Positions 1 to 9,762 of a stretch of 64,000 nucleotides of DNA are shown one piece after another (within the stretch, counting starts at the first letter, position 1; every line of letters starts with the position of its first letter). Origin of the DNA: Heteronotia binoei (taxonomy: Eukaryota); contig NC_083235.1 in NCBI RefSeq assembly GCF_032191835.1, positions 18,104,001-18,168,000 of the forward strand. Direction: 5' to 3'. Under the pieces are notes generated by a model. It saw only the letters and a list, made by a program, of their open reading frames with translations, was not told where the DNA came from and ran no database searches. Position numbers and translations under genes: made by a program.

Positions 1-225
1 TACAAAAAAAGGCCAATAACTTTGAAATATATAGGAAGAATACCCCTGAGGAAGATTTTGACGAAATTAGCCTATATCTTGGTGCTCATTTGGATGGACT
101 TTCCTTTGGATTATTGTAATGTTGTACTTCTTTATAATGTGACAAAAGATTTATAAGAATCTTGATAAAAGTATTCTTGATAAATGTTTTACTAAATGTG
201 TTAACCAGCATATTGCAATGTATTT

Positions 226-1180
226 TCTCTAAGAGACTACCAGCCTTGCTGTCTTAGAATATTGGGCCTGTTGTGGTTCTACAAGTGATCCTTTCCCCAT
301 TACAGTTATTCACATGAGTGGGTTCTTCTAGTGCATGAGTTCTTTGACCTGGTACTTCGGTGCAAACAGTTGCAGGGATAGAGCTGCGGCGAAACACCAT
401 TATAAAAGAACTGCAGAATGGTTCTGTCAGAATCTTAGCAACAGACAAGGTCAGTGATTTCTTTATAATAATCCAATGTCAATAAAATGCCAGATAGAAA
501 GACACATCCAAAATACATGAACACCCAGAGGTATCTTAGGATAAGGAGATGTAGCCTAATCCAAGTTCTGTGGAAAGAGTCTTCCTTGCTGCTTCTGGCA
601 GATGCCTGGATATTCACGCTGACCAGTGTGGGGGAACAGCCTTAATCAATAGCATCTCTTAGTATATGTTCCGCCAGGCCTTTGGTTGGGGCCAGTGACA
701 GTTCTCCACATTTACCTGGCACCCCCCCCCCCATGACTGAATGCTAGCAATTCTAGCACTGCCACCCTGTTTCAAAATGTTTAAATGTTTCTGAATGTTT
801 AAAATATTGTGGGGGTTTTTTATGTTTTTATACTGTATTGAGCCAAATTGTTGCAAACCACCTGGAGCCCTGCACATGTGGGGGAGGGTGATTTTAAAAA
901 ATCTAATTAAAAAAACGTACATTTTTTATGTGCAGCAGCACACCACGAAAGAGCTGACAAGTTAGCAGCTAAGTACCTGGAGACAGAGCAGGAGGGCACA
1001 AGCACTGGAGAACCCATTGGTTAGCCCACTCTCCCCCACCTATAATAACTAATTATTAACAATCAATTAAATAAATTAATGAAGCCATCATTTAATCTAT
1101 TTCTCGTTTTTATGTCTTTCTTTTGGGGTGGGGAACCCATTAGTTTGCAATGCAATTGTGAAAAACAGATAAGTGCAAGC
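226..1180 (+). promoter_or_regulatory. Conserved non-coding block upstream of A/C-type ORs (candidate promoter/enhancer), split by an L2 3' fragment
   Basis: 226-645 and ~940-1180 align with 11590-12470, 29065-29945, 36160-37040 and 63225-64000; the first half also aligns with 18760-19207. Identical islands include gaacccattggttag, aattaatgaagcc, ccattagtttgcaatg and gaaaaacagataagtgcaag. Function is inferred. Confidence 0.4.
660..915 (+). mobile_element. L2-like LINE 3' end fragment
   Basis: ttccgccaggcctttgg (FRQAF, ORF2 end) followed by an AT-rich 3' UTR and a caaaccacctggagcc tail motif; absent from the paralogous blocks. Confidence 0.45.
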
Positions 1181-1183
1181 AGC

Positions 1184-1923
1184 AGAAGAAGACAAATTGC
1201 AGATTTATACCCCGCCCTTCTCTCTGAATCAGAGACTCAGAGCGGCTTACAATCTCCTATATCTTCTACCCCCACAACAGACACCCTGTGATGTGGGTGG
1301 GGCTGAGAGGGCTCTCACAGCAGCTGCCTGTCAGGCAATGTCAATTTCTTCTGATATAAAATGCTTATTAAATGTAGTTGCAATGCTTAACCTGTGTTAC
1401 TAATCATAAAAGGAGCTGGGCACTTCGAAGTAGGGAGTTAGCAGAGCCCTGTCTGGGCCTCTTTCACAGTTACTAACAAATGCAGGAATTTGGCCTTTGA
1501 AGATAAAGCGCCTCCAGGGAAAACTCTCCATCAAGTCCCAGGAAGAGAAACCACAGAGAAAAGATAAGAGACCTTTACCGTGTGAATCATCACACGTGAA
1601 TACAGCATTGTTTAGAATTTGTAGCTTTGTTTAGAGAACCTTTGATGTAGCACATTTAAGTATGCCCTGCAACGTTACTTAGTATCAGTCCCAATCTCGT
1701 TGTCCACTGCATATGGATTATCAAATAAAACCTTACTTTGTTTCAACTCCAAGATTGGTTACTTTGAAATCTGATTGCCTGACACTGCCCTTTCAAGGAC
1801 AACCTCTGCCAGAGCTAATGGCTAACCCAAGGCCATCCCAGCAGGTGCAAGTGGAGGAGTGGGGAACCAAACCCGGTTCTTCCAGATAAGAGTCCATGCA
1901 CTTAACCACTACACCAAACTGGC
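1184..1923 (-). mobile_element. tRNA-derived SINE (Squam3/Ther1-like), interrupted by a solo LTR
   Basis: Reverse strand begins GCCAGTTTGGTGTAGTGGTTAAG (A box) and has the B box GGTTTGGTTCCCC and a (gaa)n tail at ~1184. The halves 1184-1328 and 1785-1923 rejoin as cagcagctgccctttcaagg. Confidence 0.85.
1329..1784. mobile_element. Solo LTR (456 bp) inserted in the SINE
   Basis: TG...CA ends with an 11-bp terminal inverted repeat (tgtcaggcaat / attgcctgaca), 5-bp TSD CTGCC (1324-1328 and 1785-1789), and an internal AATAAA at ~1724. Confidence 0.85.
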
Positions 1924-2092
1924 AGAGGTTGTTTTGTAGAAAAATAGGCGGTGGAGCTCATCCAGGGATTGTTATGTAGCTGCACCTACTATTCAATGGG
2001 CAAGGAGGTGGAACTCTCAGAAGGAGGAGGAGGAACTCTCAGAAAGCTTCAGGAGCTGCGCTCCTGTGAGCTCCCACTGAATCTGAGGCCTG
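1923..2092. repeat. Short interspersed non-autonomous repeat (probably DNA-transposon derived)
   Basis: cagaggttgttttgtagaaaaatagg...gaggcctg with an internal duplicated gaactctcagaa; resembles a common gecko repeat. No TSD verified. Confidence 0.35.
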
Positions 2093-2248
2093 TGTTCAAG
2101 TGTGCAAAATTGTTAAATATCCTTTTTTCACTATATAACTGGAGTTACACAGTTCCTCAGTATTTTCTTACACTGGAGAGGAGTGTTTTCAATGAATAAA
2201 ATGAGTCAGTTCAGCATTCATAGCCAATAGTGAATTGAAATAAGCTAA

Positions 2249-2535
2249 GGCCGTTTTCGCACTCACGTTTTACTGGCGCCACGACCATCCTGACGCCGGC
2301 GAATCTGCATGGCTTTCGCACCAGAAGCTCCGGCGCTCCCAGAAGCGCCGGCTACTTCCGTCGCTAAGCCAGCGCAAACGGAAATCGCAAAGATGCAGGA
2401 AAACGTTTGCGCTGGCTTAGCGACGGAAAGCGCCGGCGCTTCTGGGAGCGCCGGCGCTTCTGTTGCGAAATCCATGCAGATTCGCCGGCGTCAGGAGGGT
2501 CGTGGCGCCAGTAAAACGTGAGTGCGAAAACTCCC
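2249..2535. mobile_element. PIF/Harbinger-type MITE, near-perfect 287-bp palindrome
   Basis: TIRs GGCCGTTTTCGCAC / GTGCGAAAACTCCC, TAA TSD at 2246-2248 and 2536-2538, ~135-bp complementary arms, CpG-rich. Confidence 0.85.
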
Positions 2536-2689
2536 TAAGTGTCCATTTTTTCCAGAGCAGGGTTGAGGGCTCAGTGCGAAACACCAGCTTTGCTTGTAGC
2601 AGGACCAGGATTCAGTCCTTAGCATATCCAATTTTAAAAGGATATGGTGATAAATAAATGACATGAAAGCCTGCTGGTTGTGACCGTGG

Positions 2690-2990
2690 CTGATTTATCC
2701 TTCAGGTTCTGGTCCTTACCTTCAAGGCCCTACATGGTCTTTGGCCAATGAAGCTGTGGGACCACCTCTCCGGGTATGTCTTCCAAAGAGCTTTACACTC
2801 AGAAGATCAGAATTTACTGGTGGTTCCTGGCCCCAAAGACATCTGGCTGTCCTCAACCAGAGCCAGGGCCCCAGCTTCTGCCTCGTGGAACTCTCTGCCT
2901 GGTGACATCCATGCCCTGAGGGACATTGCACAGTTAAGAAGGGCATACAAGACAGAGATGTTCTACCAGCCTATGGTTGAGGACACCCAC
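2690..2990 (+). mobile_element. L2 LINE ORF2 3' fragment
   Basis: Degenerate VLTFKALHGL...WNSLP...KTEMF motifs; paralogous copy at 37365-37650. Confidence 0.75.
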
Positions 2991-2993
2991 TGG

Positions 2994-2997
2994 ACAT

Positions 2998-3044
<47 letters not shown>

Positions 3045-3085
3045 TTCATTCATTCATTCATTCATTCATTCATTCATTCATTTAT
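2994..3085. repeat. Compound microsatellite (TTTA)n(TTCA)n
   Basis: Seen directly; probably the tail of the minus-strand L2 at 3085-3400. Confidence 0.9.
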
Positions 3086-3400
3086 TTCCGCAGATTTATA
3101 GACCTCCCTTTCCCATAGTGAGCTCAGGACAGCTTCCAACATAATAAAACAATCAAAACAATTTAAAACAGTTAAAACAATTTAAAATTAAAGCAATTGA
3201 GCCACCGCTCACATTAAGGCGGCATGGATGGTATGTACAGGTCAGTGCAATCAGTGTAGGGGGACCAGTTTAGATGGTAAGGACGTCCGTCCACCTCAGC
3301 CATAGGCCTGGTGGAACAGCTCCATCTTACAGGCCCTCCAGAATGATAACAAATCCGAGAGGACCCAAACCTCCGTAGGGAGCTGATTCTCATGACCCAT
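3085..3400 (-). mobile_element. L2 LINE 3' end fragment
   Basis: Reverse strand resembles the L2 ORF2 end and 3' UTR, similar to 8436-8720. Confidence 0.6.
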
Positions 3401-3605
3401 GTTCCACTTTTTACAGAGGGAGAGAAATACATAAATACCATCAATGATTATATCTTAATGGCTTTACTTTGGAATCGAGTGATATTTTGTTTATTTTACT
3501 GAATGTTTTAGCCTGACTGGCACCACCCTGGGCTCTTAGTGGAAGGGAGGTGGTTTATAAATGCAAATTAAAATACATAAACAAGTAAGGCAGCTCTGTG
3601 TGTCA

Positions 3606-3776
3606 CCCTGACCTGGATAGCCAAGGCTAGCCCAATCTCATCTGATCTCAGAAGCTAAGCAGGGCTGTCCCTGGCTAATAGACCAGGATCATTATGTGGA
3701 AGCAGGCAATGGCCAACCATCTTTGAACATCTCTTGCCTTGAAAAAAGTCAATTGTGACTGGATGGCATTTCCACC
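3606..3776 (+). mobile_element. 5S rRNA-derived SINE with Sauria/BovB-like tail (5S-Sauria-like)
   Basis: cccaatctcatctgatctcagaagctaagcagggc matches the 5S rRNA internal promoter region, followed by a gcaggcaatggc...ctcttgccttgaaaa tail. Not a 5S gene. Confidence 0.75.
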
Positions 3777-4063
3777 ATGTGTCAGAATGACATCTGTATG
3801 ATATTAATGGATTCATATAGCATGTCAACATCTCTCAAGAAGCAATGTCCTTCATCTTTAAGTCTAATTTCCATACTAGACATTATGTTTTTTAAAAAAA
3901 GAACCCAGACCCTACTGACTCTCTCTGCTACCATACAACAGCTGTGAGAAATATCACTTTTAAAATGAAAACACAGTTTAGCTCAGAACGACTGCCATTT
4001 CCCCAAAATATCTTCTTGCATTTTTCAGCTGGGGCTACCTTTGCAACAGCAAAGAAAACAAGA

Positions 4064-4109
4064 ATGGCCAAAGCAGTATGCAGAAAGAGCATAGAAGAAC
4101 AGGGGCAAG
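4064..4109 (+). CDS. Predicted upstream coding mini-exon of OR-A (MAKAVCRKSIEEQGQ + G, phase 1)
   Basis: Acceptor tttttcAG at 4027-4028, Kozak agaATGG at 4064, donor CAAG|GTGAAA at 4110; joins in frame to the acceptor at 5121-5122; conserved in OR-C. Confidence 0.6.
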
Positions 4110-5127
4110 GTGAAAAAAATATTTAAAATATTTATTAAAGTGGAAAGTGGATAACTTTGGAGACAATCCCTTCACAAGGTGAATTACAAAATGTGTAGAG
4201 GTCCACAAAAACTTAATATTTTTTCATCTTGTACCTGTTCTGCATACTTTCAGCTGGGGCTACCTATGCCTGGTTATTTTAAAAAAGTTATCATCCAGTT
4301 TGCCCCTCCTTCAACATTCATGGGAGTCTACTTAAGTCAACATTCAATTATTCTTTTCCCTCCTGTGCTTGAAACAAAATTAACTTGATCAGCCTCCAGC
4401 ACAGGGTGACAACCTTATCCATCCTTGATGAAAAACATGGCATGATTTTCTTCACTGATCAGATGCAACAAGGAGCACGGATAAACTTTGCACCAATATT
4501 GTACAAACTAAAATATTCAATCACTAGCAAACAGTCAAAATAAAAGATGACAAGCATTTGAAACAAATCACCATGCTGTTATTATGTACTAAGATTTTAA
4601 AGTCTAATTGTATAATGTTAAAGAGTTTTACGTAATTTTATATTAATGTTAGGTATTCTTTCTGTCTTGTGATCATGATTATTGGTTTTCTTCTTTGCTG
4701 TTAATCTATATTGGTTTTTAATTATTTGTAATGTGTTTTGTATTAACTGGCTTGTTTTATCTTGAGCTTAAGATCATTGGTCAAAGAAGCTAATAAATAA
4801 ATAAATAAAAGGAAAGGAAACAAATTATCCAGATTCATCTGATTTCATCTGAAAGCAGATCTCCTTCCCACTGCAATTTAATTTTTTAAATTAATATGAG
4901 TTTGCTTTATCCAGAGTTGGGAAAACAGTGGATAAAATAAAATTCATTCAGTAAACTGGTACAATAGGAAGAGGTGTACAGTCTGTGCATAGTCGCTCTG
5001 CTCTGGGTCCAAGGTATTCATCTGATTGTCCATTTGGATATTTTACCCATGGATGCACAAATATGTTTGCAAGGCAGAATTTCATGCAGATATTACTATA
5101 GTTTTCCATTTCCCTTTTACAGGTAAT

Positions 5128-6057
5128 ATGGAAGATAATGGAACCACTGTGACTGAGTTTGTACTCATGGGCTTCCCCAGACAACTCCACATGCGCACTG
5201 TATTCTTTGTCTTCTTCTTAGCAATGTATGCCGTCACCATAGCTGGGAATGGTCTCATTGTATTGTTAATTGTGGTGGATTCTCATCTCCACACACCCAT
5301 GTATTTCTTCCTTAGCAACCTCTCCTTCATTGATGTCTGCTATGTCACTACCACTGTCCCACAGATTCTGGCCCTTGGCTTCAAAGAAAAGCCCACTATA
5401 CCTCTGGGCAGGTGTTTTGCACAAATGAGCATCAGCCTTTTTTTGGGAATGGCGGAGTGCCTCTTATTAGCTGTCATGGCTTATGACCGCTTTGTGGCAA
5501 TATGTAGCCCACTACACTATAACTTAATCATGAGCCAGAAGGTGTGCATCATGCTGGCAGTCAGCCTGTGGCTCAGCTCTTTCCTCTTGACCATTGTACC
5601 CTTTTTTAGCATGCCAGCCCGCTTGTGTGGCCACAATGTGGTGAATCATTTTTCATGTGAGCTCCAAGCAGTGTTGAAATTGGCTTGCTCTGACACTCAT
5701 GCCAATGGGCTTATCATGTTGATAACGAGTGTCTTCACACTTCTGTTCCCCTTTGCCTTCATCCTGCTGACCTATGGGCGCATTGGTCTAGCTGTCCTGC
5801 GCATCCGTTCGGTTGAAGGCCGAAGCAAAGCTTTATCTACTTGTGGCTCTCATTTGGCTGTCGTGGGCATCTTCTATGGCACCGCCATGGCTGCATACCT
5901 GAGGCCTCAGACCAAGACTTTCACAGACAGGGAAAAAGTAGTGTCTATCTTTTATGGGGTTGTGACCCCAATGCTCAACCCCTTGATATACAGCCTGAGG
6001 AACAGGGATGTGAAGGGAGCCTTTTGGAGGCTGATTGGGAGGGAAACAGAGAAGTAA
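5128..6057 (+). CDS. OR-A: intact class II olfactory receptor (OR2/OR13-like), 309 aa from ATG 5128; 326 aa if spliced to 4064-4109
   Basis: Motifs NGT glycosylation site, LHTPMYFFLSNLS, MAYDRFVAICSPLHY, KALSTCGSHL, PMLNPLIYSLRN; acceptor ttttacAG at 5121-5122; AATAAA at 6483-6488. Confidence 0.96.
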   Translation: MEDNGTTVTEFVLMGFPRQLHMRTVFFVFFLAMYAVTIAGNGLIVLLIVVDSHLHTPMYFFLSNLSFIDVCYVTTTVPQILALGFKEKPTIPLGRCFAQMSISLFLGMAECLLLAVMAYDRFVAICSPLHYNLIMSQKVCIMLAVSLWLSSFLLTIVPFFSMPARLCGHNVVNHFSCELQAVLKLACSDTHANGLIMLITSVFTLLFPFAFILLTYGRIGLAVLRIRSVEGRSKALSTCGSHLAVVGIFYGTAMAAYLRPQTKTFTDREKVVSIFYGVVTPMLNPLIYSLRNRDVKGAFWRLIGRETEK

Positions 6058-6989
6058 ACCACTTGTGGACTCATTGTCTATACCAAGGGTGGCTAAACAT
6101 ACTTAACATAAGAAGCACACCGAATAAACATCAGATGTTTGAGAGCCACAAGACAGGAAGGAAAAAGGGAGTGAGGGAGAGATGGAAAGAAAGGAACTTT
6201 AAGTTTAAATGCATTCTCCAAGCCACCAGCTGCCTTAGCTTGGAGGAGTGGTTTAAAGAGAGAAATGCCTTCTACAAACTAACTGATGGGGCAGTGGGGG
6301 CTTCGAGAGCCACACAATATGTGTGAAAGAGCCACATGTGGCTCCTGAGCCACAGTTCAGCTACCCAGGTCTATACTGATATCCTTTTAGAATGAATATG
6401 TCTAACCATGTTTCTGTGTGTGACTTCAATGAACATTGTATGTTATTAATATCACGTTATCAGTGAACATTACTCTTTGCATAATAAATATATACATGAA
6501 TGAAGCAAATAGGTTTCCTTCTTTTTCTTGGTTGAAAGGCAAAATCCAATTTGTTGTCAGTGTTTGAAATAACTTTACTGACACAGAATTCAGGGGTATT
6601 GCAAGGGCAAAAGGTACCCTTTGGGGAAGAAGCGGGGTGTGTGTGTGTGCAGATGCACTCCAAGCCATAAATTTGTGGCTTGGAGTGCATGCTCACAAGC
6701 CCTCTGCTTCTTCTCAAAAGGACTCAATGGGACCCTTTAAATGCTTTCAAGAAGCGAGGATAGCACCCGCTCCTCTCCGTCCTGCAGGATCCAAATGGCC
6801 CTCCAGATGACCAATGGGCCATATGCTCCATGTCGATCAATTGAAGGGCCCCTCACATTCTGCAGGAGGGGAGGGAGAGGAGCAGCCGCAGGTGGTCAGG
6901 GTTGGTGGCAGGACTTCTCCTCACCTGACAGCTGCCTGGAGGTGCATTGGAGCCCCCAAAACCAGGGGAACCCCACTGGGCCTAGGAGG

Positions 6990-7655
6990 ATGGTAATCCT
7001 AGGAAGGCCTAGGCCTCTGCCCTGTTGTTGGCTCTCCAGAGGAACTGGCTGGCCACTGTGTGAGACAAGATGCTGGACTAGATGGCCCACTGGTCTGATC
7101 CAGCAGGGCTCTTCTGATGTTCCTATGAAGGCCTTGACCTTCATCGCTTCATCATTCTGATGTTCTTATGGAGGCTTTGCCCTTCATCACTTCATCACTT
7201 CATCACTTTATCAAAGTGTTGGTCCTGTGTGAATTTCTGCTGATGGGAGGGGGGGTTCATGCCCTTCTCCCACTGAAGCCTTCCAGTTCCTCCCCTGTGT
7301 TCCTGGAGGTTCCCTGTCCATGAGGAAAAGTGTTCAAAGAGGCATTCGGAGTCTAAGCAGAAGAGTGTCATAGGAGGTGGTGGTGGCTACAAGCATAGCC
7401 AGCTTCAAGAGGGGATTGGATAAGCATATGGAGCAGAGGTACATCAGTGGCTATTAGCCACAGCTTATTGTTGGAACTCTCTGTCTGGGGCATTAATGCT
7501 TGGTGCTTGGGGGGGCACAGTGGGAGGGCTTCTAGTGTCCTGGCCCCACTGATGGACCTCCTGATGGCACTTGGGTTTTTTGGCCAATGTGACACAGAGT
7601 GTTGGACTGGATGGGCCATTGGCTTGATCCAACATGGCTTCTCTCATGTTCTTAC
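6990..7655 (+). mobile_element. Two CR1-type LINE 3' ends (~6990-7170 and ~7370-7655)
   Basis: gatgctggactagatggccc...gatccagcagggc...atgttcttatg and gttggactggatgggcc...atgttctta tails. The first is repeated near 16.5, 26.8, 34.0 and 60.6 kb; the second only at ~60.9-61.2 kb. Confidence 0.6.
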
Positions 7656-7918
7656 TGAAACAAGAAATTCGCAACCCACAGATAGAATCCCAATGGAAAT
7701 TTCCCATGGACACAGGCCATTATGCTTTTAACTTTTAATTCTGTATGTACAGGAATCTCCAAATTTTGAATTTGTATTGTGCTGAAATGTCATTGGGAAT
7801 TATAATTCTAGGAGGGAAAGAAGATGAAGATAATAGCCTGATAATAACAATCTGGGGGGGGGGGGAGAAGGCATGCTAAAAAAGGCATTCCAAGCCAGAA
7901 ACTGGAGTAAATCCCTTA

Positions 7919-8435
7919 NNNNNNNNNNNNNNNNNNNNNNNNNNNNNNNNNNNNNNNNNNNNNNNNNNNNNNNNNNNNNNNNNNNNNNNNNNNNNNNNNN
8001 NNNNNNNNNNNNNNNNNNNNNNNNNNNNNNNNNNNNNNNNNNNNNNNNNNNNNTCCCCTGCCGAAGCAGGCTCAGGGCGGCTAACAATACGGTGCCCCAT
8101 GGTGCACCAACAATAAAACAGTTACATTGGAAACATTAAATTAAACATTAAATTAACCTTAAAAGCCTGAATTAAAACAATTAACTAAAACATATTATAA
8201 CGCTATCCTTGACACTCTTCTAGNNNNNNNNNNNNNNNNNNNNNNNNNNNNNNNNNNNNNNNNNNNNNNNNNNNNNNNNNNNNNNNNNNNNNNNNNNNNN
8301 NNNNNNNNNNNNNNNNNNNNNNNNNNNNNNNNNNNNNNNNNNNNNNNNNNNNNNNNNNNNNNNNNNNNNNNNNNNNNNNNNNNNNNNNNNNNNNNNNNNN
8401 NNNNNNNNNNNNNNNNNNNNNNNNNNNNNNNNNNN
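7919..8435. other. Assembly gaps (7919-8053 and 8224-8435) flanking a 170-bp island resembling an L2 tail
   Basis: N runs seen directly. Confidence 0.99.
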
Positions 8436-9762
8436 ACAAGCAGGCTCAGGGCGGCTCACAACATACAAATGCAACACAATACAATAAAATCATACATAGC
8501 AATAAAATCATCTTAAATCAATATACAGTTACATTAAAATTAACATTAAGGTGCTAAATAGATCTTCTTAAGTTCAGTGGAAAGAAAAGAAAACATACAC
8601 AGCGACATTATCTTAGCTCGGTATGGGCGAAGGCTATTTTGAAGAGGTATGTCTTACAGGCCCTGCGAAATTGGTCTAAACATCGCAGGGCCCGTACCTC
8701 CTCCGGGAGTTGATTCCACAGCAGTGGGGCCGCAATGGAGAAGGCCCGATCCCGGGTGGTCTTTAATCTGGCCTCCCTTGGCCCAGGGATATTCAGCTGG
8801 TGCTTACCAGCTGACCTCAGTGCTCTCTGGGGCTCATATGGGGAGAGACGGTCCCTCAGGTAGACAGGCCCTCGGCCATATAGGGCTTTAAAGGTCATGA
8901 CCAGCACCTTGTAACGAACTCGCTAAACCACTGTCAGCCAGTGCAGTTCGCGCAGCTCCCATCTTGGGAGCCCCAATAGCAGCCTAGCCGCTGCGTTCTG
9001 CACCAGCTGCAACTGCTGAGTTTGGCACAGGGGCAGCCCCATGTAGAGGGCGTTGCAGTAATCCAGTCTCGAGGTGACCGTAGCATGAATCACCGTTGCC
9101 AGGTCCCGGCGCTCCAGGAAGGGGGCCAGCTGCTTTGCCCGCCGAAGATGAAAAAACGCGGACTTGGCAGTGGCCGCTATCTGTGCCTCCATTGATAATG
9201 ACGGCTTCAGAAGAACCCCCAAGCTCCTGACCCTGTGGGCCGCTTTCAGCGGGACACCGTCAAGAGCTGGCAAGGGAATTTCCCTTCCCGGGGCAGCGCG
9301 ACCCAAGCAAAGGACCTCCGTCTTCGCCGGATTCAACTTCAGCCCACTCAGCCTGAGCCAGCCAGCCACGGCCTGCAATGCAAGGTCCAGGTTTTCTGGG
9401 ACGCAGTCAGGTCGGCCATCCAATAGTAGATAGAGCTGGGTGTCATCTGCATATTGATGGCACCCAAGCCCAAACCTCCGAGCAATCTGGGCAAGGGGGC
9501 GCATGTAGATGTTAAACAACATCGGAGAGAGGACTGCCCCTTGTGGCACTCCACACACTAGTGGGTGCCTCCGGGACAGCTCTCCCCCAATTGTCACCCT
9601 TTGTCCCTGACTATCAAGGAAGGAGGAGAGCCACTGTAAGGCCGACCCCCTAATCCCTGCGTCGGCGAGCCGGCAGGTCAGTAACCGATGGTCGACCGTG
9701 TCGAACGCAGCCGACAGGTCTAACAACATCAGCACCGCCACGCCGCCTCGATCCAGATGCCG
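8436..9762 (-). mobile_element. Young 5'-truncated L2 LINE, RT domain and 3' UTR
   Basis: LLDLSAAFDTVDH, GVPQGAVLSPMLFNIY and YADDTQLY motifs; ORFs 8923-9741 and 8608-8907 are in the same frame, separated by one TAG; absent from other copies of this segment (cf. 16920-16950). Confidence 0.92.

Noticed and set aside
401-408. TATAAAAG as OR-A TATA box
   Set aside because: Paralogs have CATAAAAG, the implied first exon would be under 20 nt, and such motifs are common in AT-rich DNA.
2263-2521. Two nearly identical 70-aa ORFs on opposite strands
   Set aside because: Artefact of the palindromic MITE.
3606-3776. Possible 5S rRNA genes (also 22465, 37876)
   Set aside because: Only the internal promoter region matches, with many mismatches, and it is fused to a Sauria-type tail: SINEs.
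4240-4300. Second cagctggggcta acceptor-like motif with ATG downstream of the mini-exon (also ~38760)
   Set aside because: Conserved in both paralogs but I found no convincing donor; cannot support an exon.
5026-5127. Long N-termini of the OR ORFs in the track (starts 5026, 20173, 40271, 51493)
   Set aside because: They read through polypyrimidine tracts and AG acceptors; three begin at GTG/alternative starts or poorly conserved ATGs. They are intron sequence.
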